This document shows positions 1-11,853 of a stretch of 64,000 nucleotides of DNA, piece after piece (positions within the stretch are counted from its first letter, which is position 1; every line of letters begins with the position of its first letter). The DNA is from Trichoplax sp. H2 (Eukaryota): NCBI GenBank assembly GCA_003344405.1, contig NOWV01000032.1:186001-250000 (forward strand), written 5' to 3'. Position numbers and translations under genes: made by a program. The notes beneath the pieces were generated by a model. It was not told where the DNA came from and did not search any database. It was given only the letters and a program-made list of their open reading frames with translations.

Positions 1-1809
1 AACTGCCTTGATAAATAAGTACAAAAACTTAATAACTAAATTTTTGCTTAAAGCAGACATCATAGCAGAGCACCACTGTTGAAAATGAATTTGAAAGGTT
101 AGCAAAACACATTATAAAATTTAAATTTAGATTTTATACTGTAAGCGCTTTGCTAACAATATCGGTAAAATGTATCATTTATACGAAAATCAGTTCGACA
201 AGTACGTTTACTATTGTCTTGCGAAAGGTTAGTTTTCCTTACAGCTAGTAGCATACCTGAATTAGAAAAATCACTGGAGCCCGGAAAAACTGCAATTCCG
301 TTCTTCCTATCCCATTTACTTCGCAATTGTCCAGTTATAACTGATTTTGGAATAATCTAAGCCGAGGATATACGGGTATGTACATAAAATATTCGATAAT
401 AAGTAGCTTGAACACATTGCAACTGATTCGTGAACATTAACGACCATTATTTTAAAGCTATCACGAAATATTTAGTTAATAGATGCCATATCGCGCTTCA
501 GAAATTTTAGTATATAGCACTATACTCGTTTATGATCGAGAAGTTATTAAAGCATGCTTTGTGGAAATGCAGTATTACCCGTTGTATCAGAACTACCGCA
601 ATAGCGCATATCCTGAATAAGGAGCAATCCCATTAACGAAATTGTAAATCATCAAAAATTAAAGTCTCCAGTCTACTAAGGTTCCTATTGCGTTGCAATC
701 AGATCACCCCACCGGGTAATATTTCTAGTACCGTACTACTTTCATCAATTCATACCCACTAGCCCCGCACGACCAAATTATGTTTATTGCTACGCGTATT
801 TAGGTTTAGTCAAGTTTACTAGATCGCTGAACACTGTATGATGTAGCCACAAATTGTTTGACGCCACCACAGTTTTAAAACTAAACCAATTAAATTCATT
901 ATAATTATACATATATATATATATATATATATTATTGCTTGGCGTTACTTGATCTTAAACTCTCATTAAGGCAGTCGAGAGGGACTACGGTCACAAGGAT
1001 CATACAGATTTCATTGAGAGGTATCCCATTTCAAATAGGTACTGTACAGTATACCAGATTTGCAATGCACGTACAGTAAGTACAATCACAACAGCATCCC
1101 TCTAGTTCACTCGCTGATTCATGGACTGGAACGTTTTATAATTATATACATTACTCGCGCGCACTTAGCATGCTTGACTAAATTTTAAATATGGCCAACA
1201 GAAGCAATAAACGATTACTTTCCGTAATGATTTGCCTCAACTACGAAATATACTAGTTTTTTTAATTAATTTATATACCGTATTACATTTGACCTATACA
1301 CGACGTACATACCGTATGAATGACCATTTTAAAGTACGGATAAACTGTTTATACTGTACTGTAAGTCCGACATTTAACATGCATTGCAGTATTATATTAC
1401 TGCAGAGTACTAATGTTATAAGAGTAAAGCAATTGTTGAATGAAGAATCTAGGTTAAAATTAATCAAAACTTATCGCCTAATTTATCGTAATGATGTATA
1501 AAACGCAACGTTAAAATAAGTTCCCAGGACAAAACTAGAATTCAAATTAGACGAGTAAAAAGCGGCAGCAAGTGCTGTAATTCTGCATGCTCCAAGGCTA
1601 TGCTAATATCCAGTAATTAATAGGACTAAAGTTTGTACGAATTAATTCAATTAAACGGATCTACCAAGTTTAAGTATAGCTTACCATACCTTACTCAGTA
1701 TACTATAATCAAATCCTACAGATAATTTGTGTCCACAAATAGCAAATAACATCGTTTACAGTGAATAACTTCTTACCACAACTGCCTGTTTGGTTTCCGT
1801 TCCATCCAT
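1..1809 (-). other. Possible 5' end of an unidentified spliced gene running off the left edge (candidate exons 1809-1777, 356-257, 75-<1)
   Basis: Minus-strand ATG at 1809 reads MDGTETKQAVV into a GTAAGA donor. An AG/GT-bounded 100-nt segment at 356-257 is open in only one frame (IIPKSVITGQLRSKWDRKNGIAVF...). A strong acceptor (CTAAC...TTTTCAACAG) precedes 75. It lies divergent from the biotinidase gene across a TACAG cluster. No homology recognised. Confidence 0.3.
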
Positions 1810-2124
1810 CGCGCGATGAAAGTTAAAAAAAAGCACAACAAACGATGGAGTGTGCAATTATGCATGAGGATGAATTGTATGCGCATGCCCGGCATACGAC
1901 TTCGTACGGTAAGTACTACAGTACTGTACACTGTACAGTGCACATTTGTGTTTCGTGAATTGGTGCATTTTGCAGGGGCCAATTTCAGTAGTTGGCAGGT
2001 TTAATTAACTTCATACTTCATTATCAGTAGTGTATAATGCAATAATTTGGCAACCTTTCCTTACTAGACTAGTATTCAGCTCTGTGCCAGATAAATTACT
2101 AGAGATCGAGAATGAAATCACGTT

Positions 2125-2302
2125 ACTGTACAGTACAGTACTGTACCGTAAGTAATACTGTACTCTAGATTGTACTGTAGACTCATGAGTACCGTACAGT
2201 ACTGTAGACTCAGTGTACAGTACAGTACAGTACGGTACAGTACAGTACATGGTCTCTCAAATACTGTACTGTACACTGTACTGTACAGTGTACAGTACTG
2301 CA
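2125..2302. repeat. (TACAG/CTGTA)n pentamer cluster upstream of biotinidase; smaller patch at about 1905-1945
   Basis: Direct reading, e.g. gtacagtacagtacagtacggtacagtacagtac at about 2215-2248, mixed with tactgtactgtacactgtactg. Confidence 0.9.
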
Positions 2303-2402
2303 CTTGCAACAAAATTAGCTCAGGGTTTGCGTTTTTACCTCGCAAGATGCTTTCCAGAGAACCTTAGAAAGGTAGGTAGATTCCTTAGATATTATTAACA
2401 AG

Positions 2403-3977
2403 ATGACTGCCATGGCAGATTCATGTATACAACGTTGGACTATAGCTCTAGTTCTTATATACTGTATGAGTTTTGTCGGTTGTAAACGCTATACTGCTGC
2501 AGTTGTGGAATATGAACCATTCTATACCGATAAAATCTTTCATAGCAAGGAAGAGGCCTTTCAGAAAGCCCTATTAATAAACTTAAGGGAATTTGCCAAG
2601 TGGACTAAATTGGCTGCGCAACGTGGTGCTAACATTATTGTTTTTCCAGAAAATGGATTGTTCGGTTTCCTAAATCGCGACTTAGTTAAGCCTTATCTCC
2701 AGCATTTGCCCGAACCGACTAAAATCGGTAACCAGTACGAAATACCTTGTGCTCAGGCTAACATAGAAAAATTCAATGATGGTCCAGTCTTACAGTTTTT
2801 AAGCTGCCTTGCTGCTCGCTATGAAATAGCGATTGTTGCGAATGTCGGCGAAGTCCAGCCATGTAATCGCATGTTAGACAATGACTGTCCTCCAGATAAA
2901 CAGTTCCAATATAATACAAACATAGTTCTAGACACTGATGGGAGTTTTATAGCTAAATATCGCAAAGAACACCTTTTTTTCGAACCGGAATATGACCAAC
3001 CTGCTACCTGCGAAAATATTGCTTTTACGCCTAGTTTTGGAGTTACCTTCGGCATAATGACTTGCTTCGATATATTGTACAACTGCCCTGCAGTTACACT
3101 TATTAATAAATATCATATTAAAAATTTTGTTATCCCAATGGCTTGGATGAAAGGAATTCCATTATTGCAATCAAATCAATACCAACAAGCCTGGTCGAGG
3201 TCTCATGGCGTTAATGTAATCGCAGCTAACGTTCACTTTCTACGTGCAGATATGACTGGTAGTGGAATATATTCATCTGGTCTTGTCAAAGCCTGGTATT
3301 ACAATAACAATAGCTCTCGCAACGGCTCTCAACTTCTAGTAGCAGAATTAGATTCCGAAGATTCACAACCTCAAACGAGTTTATGCAGGTATCTTATGAT
3401 AAATTATACGTGTATGAATCTTATTCAAAATTAACTTTAGTAATGAAGTCCATGTTATTCACTGATCTACAGGAAGGCGAGAGCTGTTGCTCTGGAACCA
3501 CCTCCATCACACTCAAAAGGGCAAACATTCCAATCACTTATGATGCACAATATCTATAATTTTGTCTTGCTTGATAAAACCAAGCAGGGGCAAGCAAGCG
3601 TTTGCTTCGGAACGTTATGCTGTCACTTGCAATTTGAACGTGATCAAACATCCGAAATATTTGCATTAGCTGCATATGATGGCCCATATTACGTCTTTAA
3701 AAATTTTCATTTACAGGTTTGTGCACTTGTAAAATGCAATTCCAATGAAGATAAAAGGAAATGTGGGCAACCTGTGTATCAATCACAAACAATATTCAAA
3801 AGTCTGACAATATCAGGAACATTCTCAAATAAGACTGTATTATATCCTACCTCACTGCTTGATGGTATACGACTAGTTCAACCACAATTGACCCATTTTG
3901 ATCCAAAATTAAAAGTTCTGACCGAGTGTCCTTTAAACAATCCCTTAATATCAGCTGCACTAATAGGTAGATTATGA
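2403..3977 (+). CDS. BTD: Biotinidase/vanin (pantetheinase) family nitrilase-fold amidohydrolase, about 496 aa, 2 exons (2403-3388, 3473-3977)
   Basis: Signal peptide, then AAVVEY, IIVFPE, YRKEHLF and TCFDIL motifs of the biotinidase/vanin nitrilase fold. The GT-AG intron 3389-3472 joins the two ORFs in frame. A C-terminal vanin base domain ends AALIGRL*, similar to the biotinidase C-terminus, with no GPI tail. Confidence 0.85.
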
Positions 3978-5435
3978 AATAGAACCGATAATTAATTCTC
4001 ATATGAAGAATGAAAAAAAGCGTTATGAACCGTGACTAATACGATAAATGATTCGTATTATCTGTTAAGAGATACCGTACTATGATCGTTGCCCTGATAG
4101 GTAACGCTAATCGCATAATAATAATATTAAAATGATTCGGTATTTTGGTTATGACGGTCTGTTTATTGTATCTAGCGTGCGATTAATGCATAGCTCTAAG
4201 GTACCGCAAATTATTGTACTGTTATTCAATAAATTATTTCTTTGATAACCCATGATCACATAAATTTTGCATGGTTGTGTTGATGATCAGTGTCACCAAA
4301 ATGAACAGTTTGAAGAATTTTGCGTATTTAAGGTTAATTTTGATATCATCATATGCAGTGCTAGATTTAGATTCAATTAACATCATTAGGTAACTATTTG
4401 ACAGTGAGTATTTGTATGTACGAAAGCACGTAAACTATACCACACATTTCTTCAGATATTTCGTGATATTGAACATTACAAAGAGTAGTTTATTTAGTAT
4501 AATCGATATAGAAGTCTTACCCGTTCTTGGTTATACATAATGGTAGAAAAAAATAATTGATATGTTAAATGAAATGTACCGTACGTTATTAGGGCTCTTA
4601 AATTCGTTATTAGCGTAGTATTTATCCTTTATTAAGAATACGAGTATTAGGTCTTTCTTGGTACTATTATAGATAATTTCATACAGCATCTTATCAAGTC
4701 GGTGCAAGTAGCAGATTATCCACCGTTTTGAACTACGCGTTAATCAACTAATTGCAATGCTGTATCTGTGTAAAAAATACGAGCAGCTGATGGTACATAT
4801 AAACGATACTTTATTCAATGTCAGTATAAGATATAAACCCAATATACAGCAGTTCATGAGCAAACTACTAGTAGTAAAGTTATAAATAATCATAATTACA
4901 CAAGACCTGCAAACATTTGATTGAATACTGAATACTCTAGGAATCTATCATATACCTTAAATATCACAGGTTCAATAAGAAAAAATTTTCTTATAACCTT
5001 ACCGGATTGAAACCACAGCAAATACAATTTTAACGACATGATGTGCAGTCATAATATGCTTTTCAAATAGAAGTCTAAAAATTTCATTTATCATGTAAAA
5101 TCAAAGGAACGGATTAAATCCATTCCGAGACACGTAGACTATGAAGATTATGGCCAATAAGAATCTTTAATAAAAGGAGACATAGCAATACCGCAACCCT
5201 CCTGAAAATACTTAATATTCCGGTGACACGAAAGCAAGCTTTTCATATATATATTGATTGCTATATGAAATGTTGTCGATAAGGTCAAATCTTGTTTATT
5301 TATTTAACAATCGGTATATTGCACGTATATATATAGTAAAACAGTTGCCAATACAGGCACGACTACAATTACACTTATGTTTTTTACAGTTTTTCTAACC
5401 AGAATCGGAAATATTGGAAAGCTATGAATAATTTC

Positions 5436-8400
5436 TTAGGCGGTGATGCCAGCTTTAGATTTGAGCATTTTTTTACCAGATGCTTCGTGATGTTGAACCT
5501 TTTCGTCTTCCGTTTTCTTGATCTTAATTTCCTTCTTAAGATCTCCAGTTATCTTTTGCAATTCTTTAAGCTTTCCATCCACCTTTTCGTCTTCCGTTTC
5601 CTTGATAATTTCTTTCTTAAGATCTCCAGCTTTCTTCTGCAATGCTTTAATCTTTCCATCAATCGCCTTTTCTTCAAGTCTCAGTTCCACCTCTTTCAAT
5701 TTAAGTTGCAAATCCTTAAGTTCGACTTCCTTTCGCTTTAATTCCTTTTCCTTTTGGATCAAATGATGTTCTTCACTCTTAGTTTTACTTCCATCGGCGG
5801 AGCCGTCTGTTTCATGAGCCCCAGCTTTAGCATTTAATGAATCTTTCGGTTTAGCCTTTTGAGATTTATGGTTAGCGCTATCACTAGCCTTGGATACCTT
5901 GTCACCCTTGTCCTTGGACAATTCACCAGATGATTTAGATCTCTGAGGGTCAGCGACTTTTTCTAAACCTTTATTGTTTGTATCCAAATCATTACTGTCA
6001 GACTTATCTGACTGGTTATTAGATTCATTTTCTTTATCAGAGTTCATCTTCGACACTTGATGATCCTTTCTTTCACTATTGTTACTCTTACTTTTTACAT
6101 TTTTTCCGTTATTTATTTTAGTATCGACCTTATCATCTTGCTTTAACCCACTATCTTGTTTTTTCAACTGATCTGAACGCAAATTAGTTTTTTTCGAATC
6201 GCTCTCTAAATCTTTTGCACCGTTGCTAATCTCTACTTTATCATCTTTAATACTGTTACCATTTTTCATATTTTTGCCACTGGATTCGATATTTTTACTT
6301 GATTTTAGATTAACATCATTATCACTGTCTACTCTATTCCCTTTCTGAAAATGATTATCACCATCTACGCCCTTTTTACTACTGTCAGATTTATCCTGAT
6401 TTTCAATAAATTTTTCAGATTTTTCAATACTCTTCTCCGCAGATTTCTTGAGATCTTTCAAATCCTGAACCTTTTTTTCTAGCGATTTAATCATCTTTTT
6501 CTGATTGTCATCTACACTGTCTTCAGGTGCTATAGGTTCTAATCGTTGATCATCTTTCGTCTTTTTCTTTAAATTCTTGTCCGCCTCAGCCTTACTAATT
6601 TTTCCGTTTGGTTGATCTTTGGTAAACTTTGAACTCTTTTTATCGTCTTTTTTTGTCTCTTCCTTGTTTAACAAGCCTTTTTTAGGAGAATCCTTATCCT
6701 TTTTACTTTTCTCGTTATTTAGATGACTTGAATCATCGGGATTATTAGCGGTATCTCTCTTTTTGACATCATTGCCATCCACAACTGGAGGATTTCTCTG
6801 ATTTTTGTCTTTCCCTGGGAATTTATTATTATTGGGTGGATTATTATTCTGAGCCTTGTTAATATTATTATCTATCATCTGCGAGTCTTTATTGAAATTT
6901 GCTTTTTGGTTATCTTTTCCCATTGGATTATTTAATAAACCATCATCATTTTGTGACTTATCTTGTTTATCTTTAACGTTGACTACTTGCATTCTCGGCT
7001 GGGCTTTCTTTACGTCCAACTGACCGATAATGGTGAATGAACTCATAACAAGGCAAAAGAGACCAATAACGAGAACGATCTAATAAAATATCATCGATCA
7101 AGTGATCATACTTGAGTTAAATCAAGATTATAGAATACGATAACTGATCTTAAAAACAAAATAATCATAATTAAAGTGATTTCTCTCAGCACCTTCGCAA
7201 TTTGTCTTTGCTTAGCACCCGCGGGAGTTAAATGCAAGAACATAGCTCCAGGTACAATGTAACAAATTAGAGTGCCCATTATAGCTCCGGTTAGGGCTAG
7301 AATAATTTCAACTAAAAATATGTATACAAATAAAATATATTGCAACAATGATCATGTTAGTTTTTCAGCAATTACGGCGACTTAAAAAACTTAACATATT
7401 GGAATAAGTAACTAAAAGAATGATTTAGTAGATACTTACCCTGTGGTATTAATATACCGATAATCAATGTGCTTGTCATAATGCAAACAGTTATTACAAC
7501 AAATCTGTTGTGTGGAATAAAACTTGGGCTACCTAAAGCATCATGACTAGAAGACTAATATGAAAATGTGTTAGCCAGAGAGCTATTAGGTTAAAGATTT
7601 ACTTCACTAAAAATTATTATATTTTACCTGTTTTGCTAATAACGAATTGATACTCGCTCGGCATGGGAATATTGCTAGAGGAAAGCTAACAACAATGGAC
7701 AAAACAAATCCTAATGATAAAAATTGATAATATCAATATGGCTTCGAAGTGATAATTAATTAAATTAGTTATCACAAATACAAATCTTAATTGAGGGTAT
7801 TATACCAAGCTTTATGAGTGCAGAAACTACACCATTTCCGAAGTTCATCAATACATCTCCTTTTACACCGTCAAAGCAAAACGCCGTATAACCGAAAAAT
7901 CCAACCTAGCACGTTTATATGAAATACTTGTATTGATAGGGAAAAAATTTCAAGTTTTACAACTATTTTATTTTATTCCAAATACTTACAAGAAAGTAAA
8001 CTATTGATACCATATTTACAGCGCTACTGACAATCGATGACATCACATTAATTGAGGGTTCCGGCAGGGCTTCATAAACCAAAAATAATTGTCTATCATA
8101 AAACAAGAACAATTGTTCATCATAAAATTATTATATATATATAATACTTTAAAACTATATATCATTAACATTTTGGATCATTATAATTAGTTCAAATGTT
8201 GAAATTATGTCTTAAAGTGAAGCATACGTTTGGCAGGTGAAAGCCATTAAAAATATCGGTAAGCAATGAAAGGTACCACTGAATTTCCATAAATGAATTT
8301 GAGTTAAAGCTCCAGTAATGAGATTCGGTAATGAAGACAAGAAAATCTGTAGCGATGATATCAGAAGTATAAACATTTATTATTTATTTATTCGTAATTT

Positions 8401-9734
8401 TATTTCCAACGTAAGGTCGTTGAAAAATTTTTGAATACGCAAATTGACTTTTACCTGCAAGATAAAAATCAAATAGAAGCCCAACGACACCGCGCTAATA
8501 CCACTAAGACTCTGAATATTCCTCATTAAGGATAATGGTAGAGCGACACAAATGGCTAATGAAACCATGACAATCGCTCGTAAAGTTCGAGTATTCTATA
8601 ATAGTTATGTATATGTTGGTTAACAACAGTGTTACGTCAAGTTAGCTTGGCAATGATAAGATGTAGCAATATCCTGTACTGTACATATATTTGCATAGAT
8701 AATCAATTAAATGATTGAGCTTACCTCAATTCCAAATAATACAGAAACAATAGAAGGGGACAAGTCACCAACTATAACGTGAAATGCGATGCAAGTTCCG
8801 AAGAGTAGTCCAATGATGCTAAAATTAAAGCAATTTATAATACATTATTACTACAATAAGTTGCAGATAATGCAATACCAGTACTTCATATTATTATTAT
8901 AGTACCAATTATTAGAAGACACTTGCTAAGATATTGCAGCCATAATTTGTAGTTTGTAAGTTTACAATGCAGTTACAATTACTTTAATTATTTCCTGAAA
9001 CCTACCTTACTTCTACTAACGATTTGCCAACAGATCCAAATGTGTGATGAGCTACATTAAGAGAAATTTTTTTTTCAATTTGTCAATGAATTTGAAAACA
9101 ATGCATAATCAATAGTTTTGACGAAGAATTGATGTTATTATTGTTAGCTTAATTAGACTGTGGATAAGAACAGTATTTGCAGTCAATATTGTGACAAATA
9201 GCTACTGCATTTATAATCAAATAATTCCATTTCAAGAATTGCCAACCTAAATATTCGTAAGTTCTTTTTTTCGTCGAATTGGCAGCCCGAAGTAAGATGT
9301 CACACGATAGGCGGGTAAGCAGGGAGCTTACAAATAACAAAAGCGATCCTAATATAATTCCACACTATAATACCGACAGAAAGCAACAACTTGAGCAATC
9401 ATATCATCCAAGCTTTTCTGCAATCTGACTTCAAATGATTACTACAACTTAGCTGTCTTAAGTATCAAATTATAACCTAAATCTGATATGACTTTTTAAA
9501 TAATAACGGTAGATTATGTTAAAAGGAGTACATTATGCAGAATACTGTCCAATAAGTCCATTACTTAATGTCTTGATGTAACAGTAGGTGCAATAGTGAT
9601 AGTTGTTTAGCTAGATAAATTCACGTCAAAAATTTCCTCACTTGATGAAAGCAGAACGGAATGGCTAAGACACTAACGCCAATAATGCTATTGCCAAGGT
9701 TAATAATAAAGGGTAGATCTCTGCTTTGAACCAT
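5436..9734 (-). CDS. SLC38A10: Sodium-coupled neutral amino acid transporter SLC38A10-like; multi-exon, with a last exon of about 1.6 kb encoding a long charged tail
   Basis: Exon 1 (9734-9642) reads MVQSRDLPFIINLGNSIIGVSVLAIPFCFHQ, matching the SLC38A10 N-terminus. Internal exons include LPLSLMRNIQSLS and ILALTGAIMGTLICYIVPG. The long hydrophilic K/D/N/S-rich C-terminus is typical of this member. Confidence 0.9.
5497..5661 (-). repeat. Coding tandem duplication (84 + 81 bp) in the SLC38A10 tail
   Basis: Two copies start accttttcgtcttccgtt at 5497 and 5581. They encode DGKIKALQKKAGDLKKEII-KETEDEKV and DGKLKELQKITGDLKKEIKIKKTEDEKV. Confidence 0.85.
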
Positions 9735-10699
9735 TCTTTAGATTAAACTTATTGGGTTATTAACAAACAGCACTCGATCAGAAACGATAGATTATATTAT
9801 ATACCAGTATGCATGAGTCATACGTTGACTTATTAAGAATACGCGTAGAAACGTCTGAGCAATCGTGTTTCCTATCTGGGGATATAAATAAATCTCTTTA
9901 CAAAATTCAATCACAATTGTACCTTGTATTCTATGTAGTTATAATAAAAAATTTGTAATGGCATATTGGTAAATATGAAAATATACAGTGGCAAATCAGT
10001 AATTAATTCTTATAATAATAGATCACTATACTGTACTACGGTGTTAGCAATGGTAAGAATAGTAAATAGTTTATAAAGTGCATAATTCTACAGGATACTA
10101 GCTAGTACTGTAATCTTTTGCTAAAGTAAGGTGCGTATAATTAACGCTGCTCAATAATTACTCTATTATACGCGTATATATAATAATAATTATTAATTAT
10201 TAACTGTTTGACAATTTCATGTTAATACGCGTACATCCTATCCAATCCAGCTATTGCCATCGATCCAACTGCAGAATGATTTAATGTACGGTTAGAATGA
10301 CCTGATCAACTTATTTCTTTTATTTGTTGCAATAGAATGTAAGGTCAAAAGTGCAATTTGAAGCAAAAGATATAACTTATACGCAGTCACTTTCTAAAAT
10401 ACCTTAGCAATATGACAAGGATTGTAGGCTTGGCTACGAATACTGGTCTACCTCCAGGAAGTCTTTTTTAAGATTGTAAAGTTGTCTTGTACACGTATTT
10501 GACCAAGGTTTTACGTAAACACCTTGGTAAAAAGGAGAGTAATGAGGCTTGCTATAATACTTTGAATGATATATAAAACTGCTACTACATCGATCTGAGA
10601 ATTGACACTTTAAGTTCTTACTTTTGGTTAAGATCATTGACGTCTTGATCACCTTTCTACTTGTCTAGACGAACTGCAAATTGTAGTAAATTAGCAATG

Positions 10700-11530
10700 T
10701 GTCCAGTACTGTCAGTATTACATACTGTACACACTCACTACTACAGTATGCTATAAGTGATACCTACAGTACAGTGGTTCATATATTGGATTAATACTGT
10801 ACAATACATGCTGTACAGTACAGTACAGTACTAGCTCTCATTACACCGTAACGATTGATGATGATGTGGCGTTTTGTTGGCTACACCGTAGAATGTACAG
10901 TGTACAGTACAGTACAGTACAGTACAGAAGATTACAGTACAGTACAGAAGATTACAGTACAGTACTGTACTGTACTGCAGTACTGTACACTGTACTGTAG
11001 TGTTAGGCTTAGGCGTACTGTACAGTGTACAGTACAGTACAGTACAGTACTATACTGTACTGTACTGTACAGTACAGCACTGCACAGAATACTGTACTCT
11101 GTGTACTGTAATGCACAGAGGATAGTACTGTGTACAGTACAGTACTGTACAGTACATAACTAGTGCAAACTCCCGTCGCTTTGCTGGCGGTTTACGATAA
11201 TGTGCTCATTTAACAGATAGTATTACCATTTGATAGACCTGTCAGATGTACTGCGTTGTATACTGTACACTGTACACTGTACAGTATGATACCACGCAGA
11301 GCTTTAGTGTCTTTACACATACTTTTACGGGTGTCAGGTACAGTACAGGGTTAGGCTTTGTACTGTAATCCGCTACGGTACGACAGTACTGTAGTCTCTA
11401 CTGTACTGTACAGTACAGTACATGCTACTGCTACTACAGTAAAGTACTGTACTGTACTGTACTGTACTGTAAACTGTACTGTACTTTACTGTAATTAATT
11501 AATTAATTAATTAATGAATTAATGAATTTA
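10700..11530. repeat. Largest (TACAG/CTGTA)n cluster, between divergent SLC38A10 and WDR45B, followed by a (TTAA)n tract
   Basis: Dense core at 10893-11160 and 11255-11492. It includes a 20-bp tandem duplication cagtacagtacagaagatta x2. taattaattaatt... runs over about 11492-11530. Confidence 0.92.
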
Positions 11531-11853
11531 CAACTAGTTTACAATACTTTACATACAGTATGACTGTAGCCAAAGTGGAGCAGTACATTTTCCAACATGG
11601 CGATCTTGTTATTGTAAACTAAGCCGAAGTTGATTTTGGAACCAAAATTGACTGTCGTCTATCTTTGCATTAGTAATTACAAAGTTTTTTTTATAAGGAA
11701 GACTAAACTGACGATAAATACGCAAGCCAATAGCCAGTAACCAAGTGCTCCACCGAATACAGTATTCAAGGAAATTACGCCTATTGATGTCTACTTGTAT
11801 TACAAACGAATATTTTACGATTAATCAGTGCTAATTACAATATAAAATTAATC

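Noticed and set aside
911..932. (AT)n microsatellites (also about 34729, 50843 and 57540)
   Set aside because: Short, ordinary simple repeats expected in AT-rich DNA.
2011..2398. Overlapping ORFs rich in YSTVQ/YCTVL (also at 10855, 24981-25239, 45015-45376, 49875 and 60987-61377)
   Set aside because: These are translations of the TACAG/CTGTA pentamer, which lacks stop codons. They occur on both strands and are not credible proteins.
3389..3472. Possible U12-type intron in biotinidase (GTATCTTA donor)
   Set aside because: It deviates from the GTATCCTT consensus and has no TCCTTAAC branch site, so it is treated as an ordinary U2 intron.
5424..5766. Plus-strand F/L/S-rich ORFs
   Set aside because: Antisense shadows of the K/E-rich SLC38A10 tail.
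10893..11160. CRISPR-like or telomeric array
   Set aside because: There is no constant repeat with unique spacers and no cas genes, and the context is eukaryotic. The unit is not TTAGGG-like and it switches strand.
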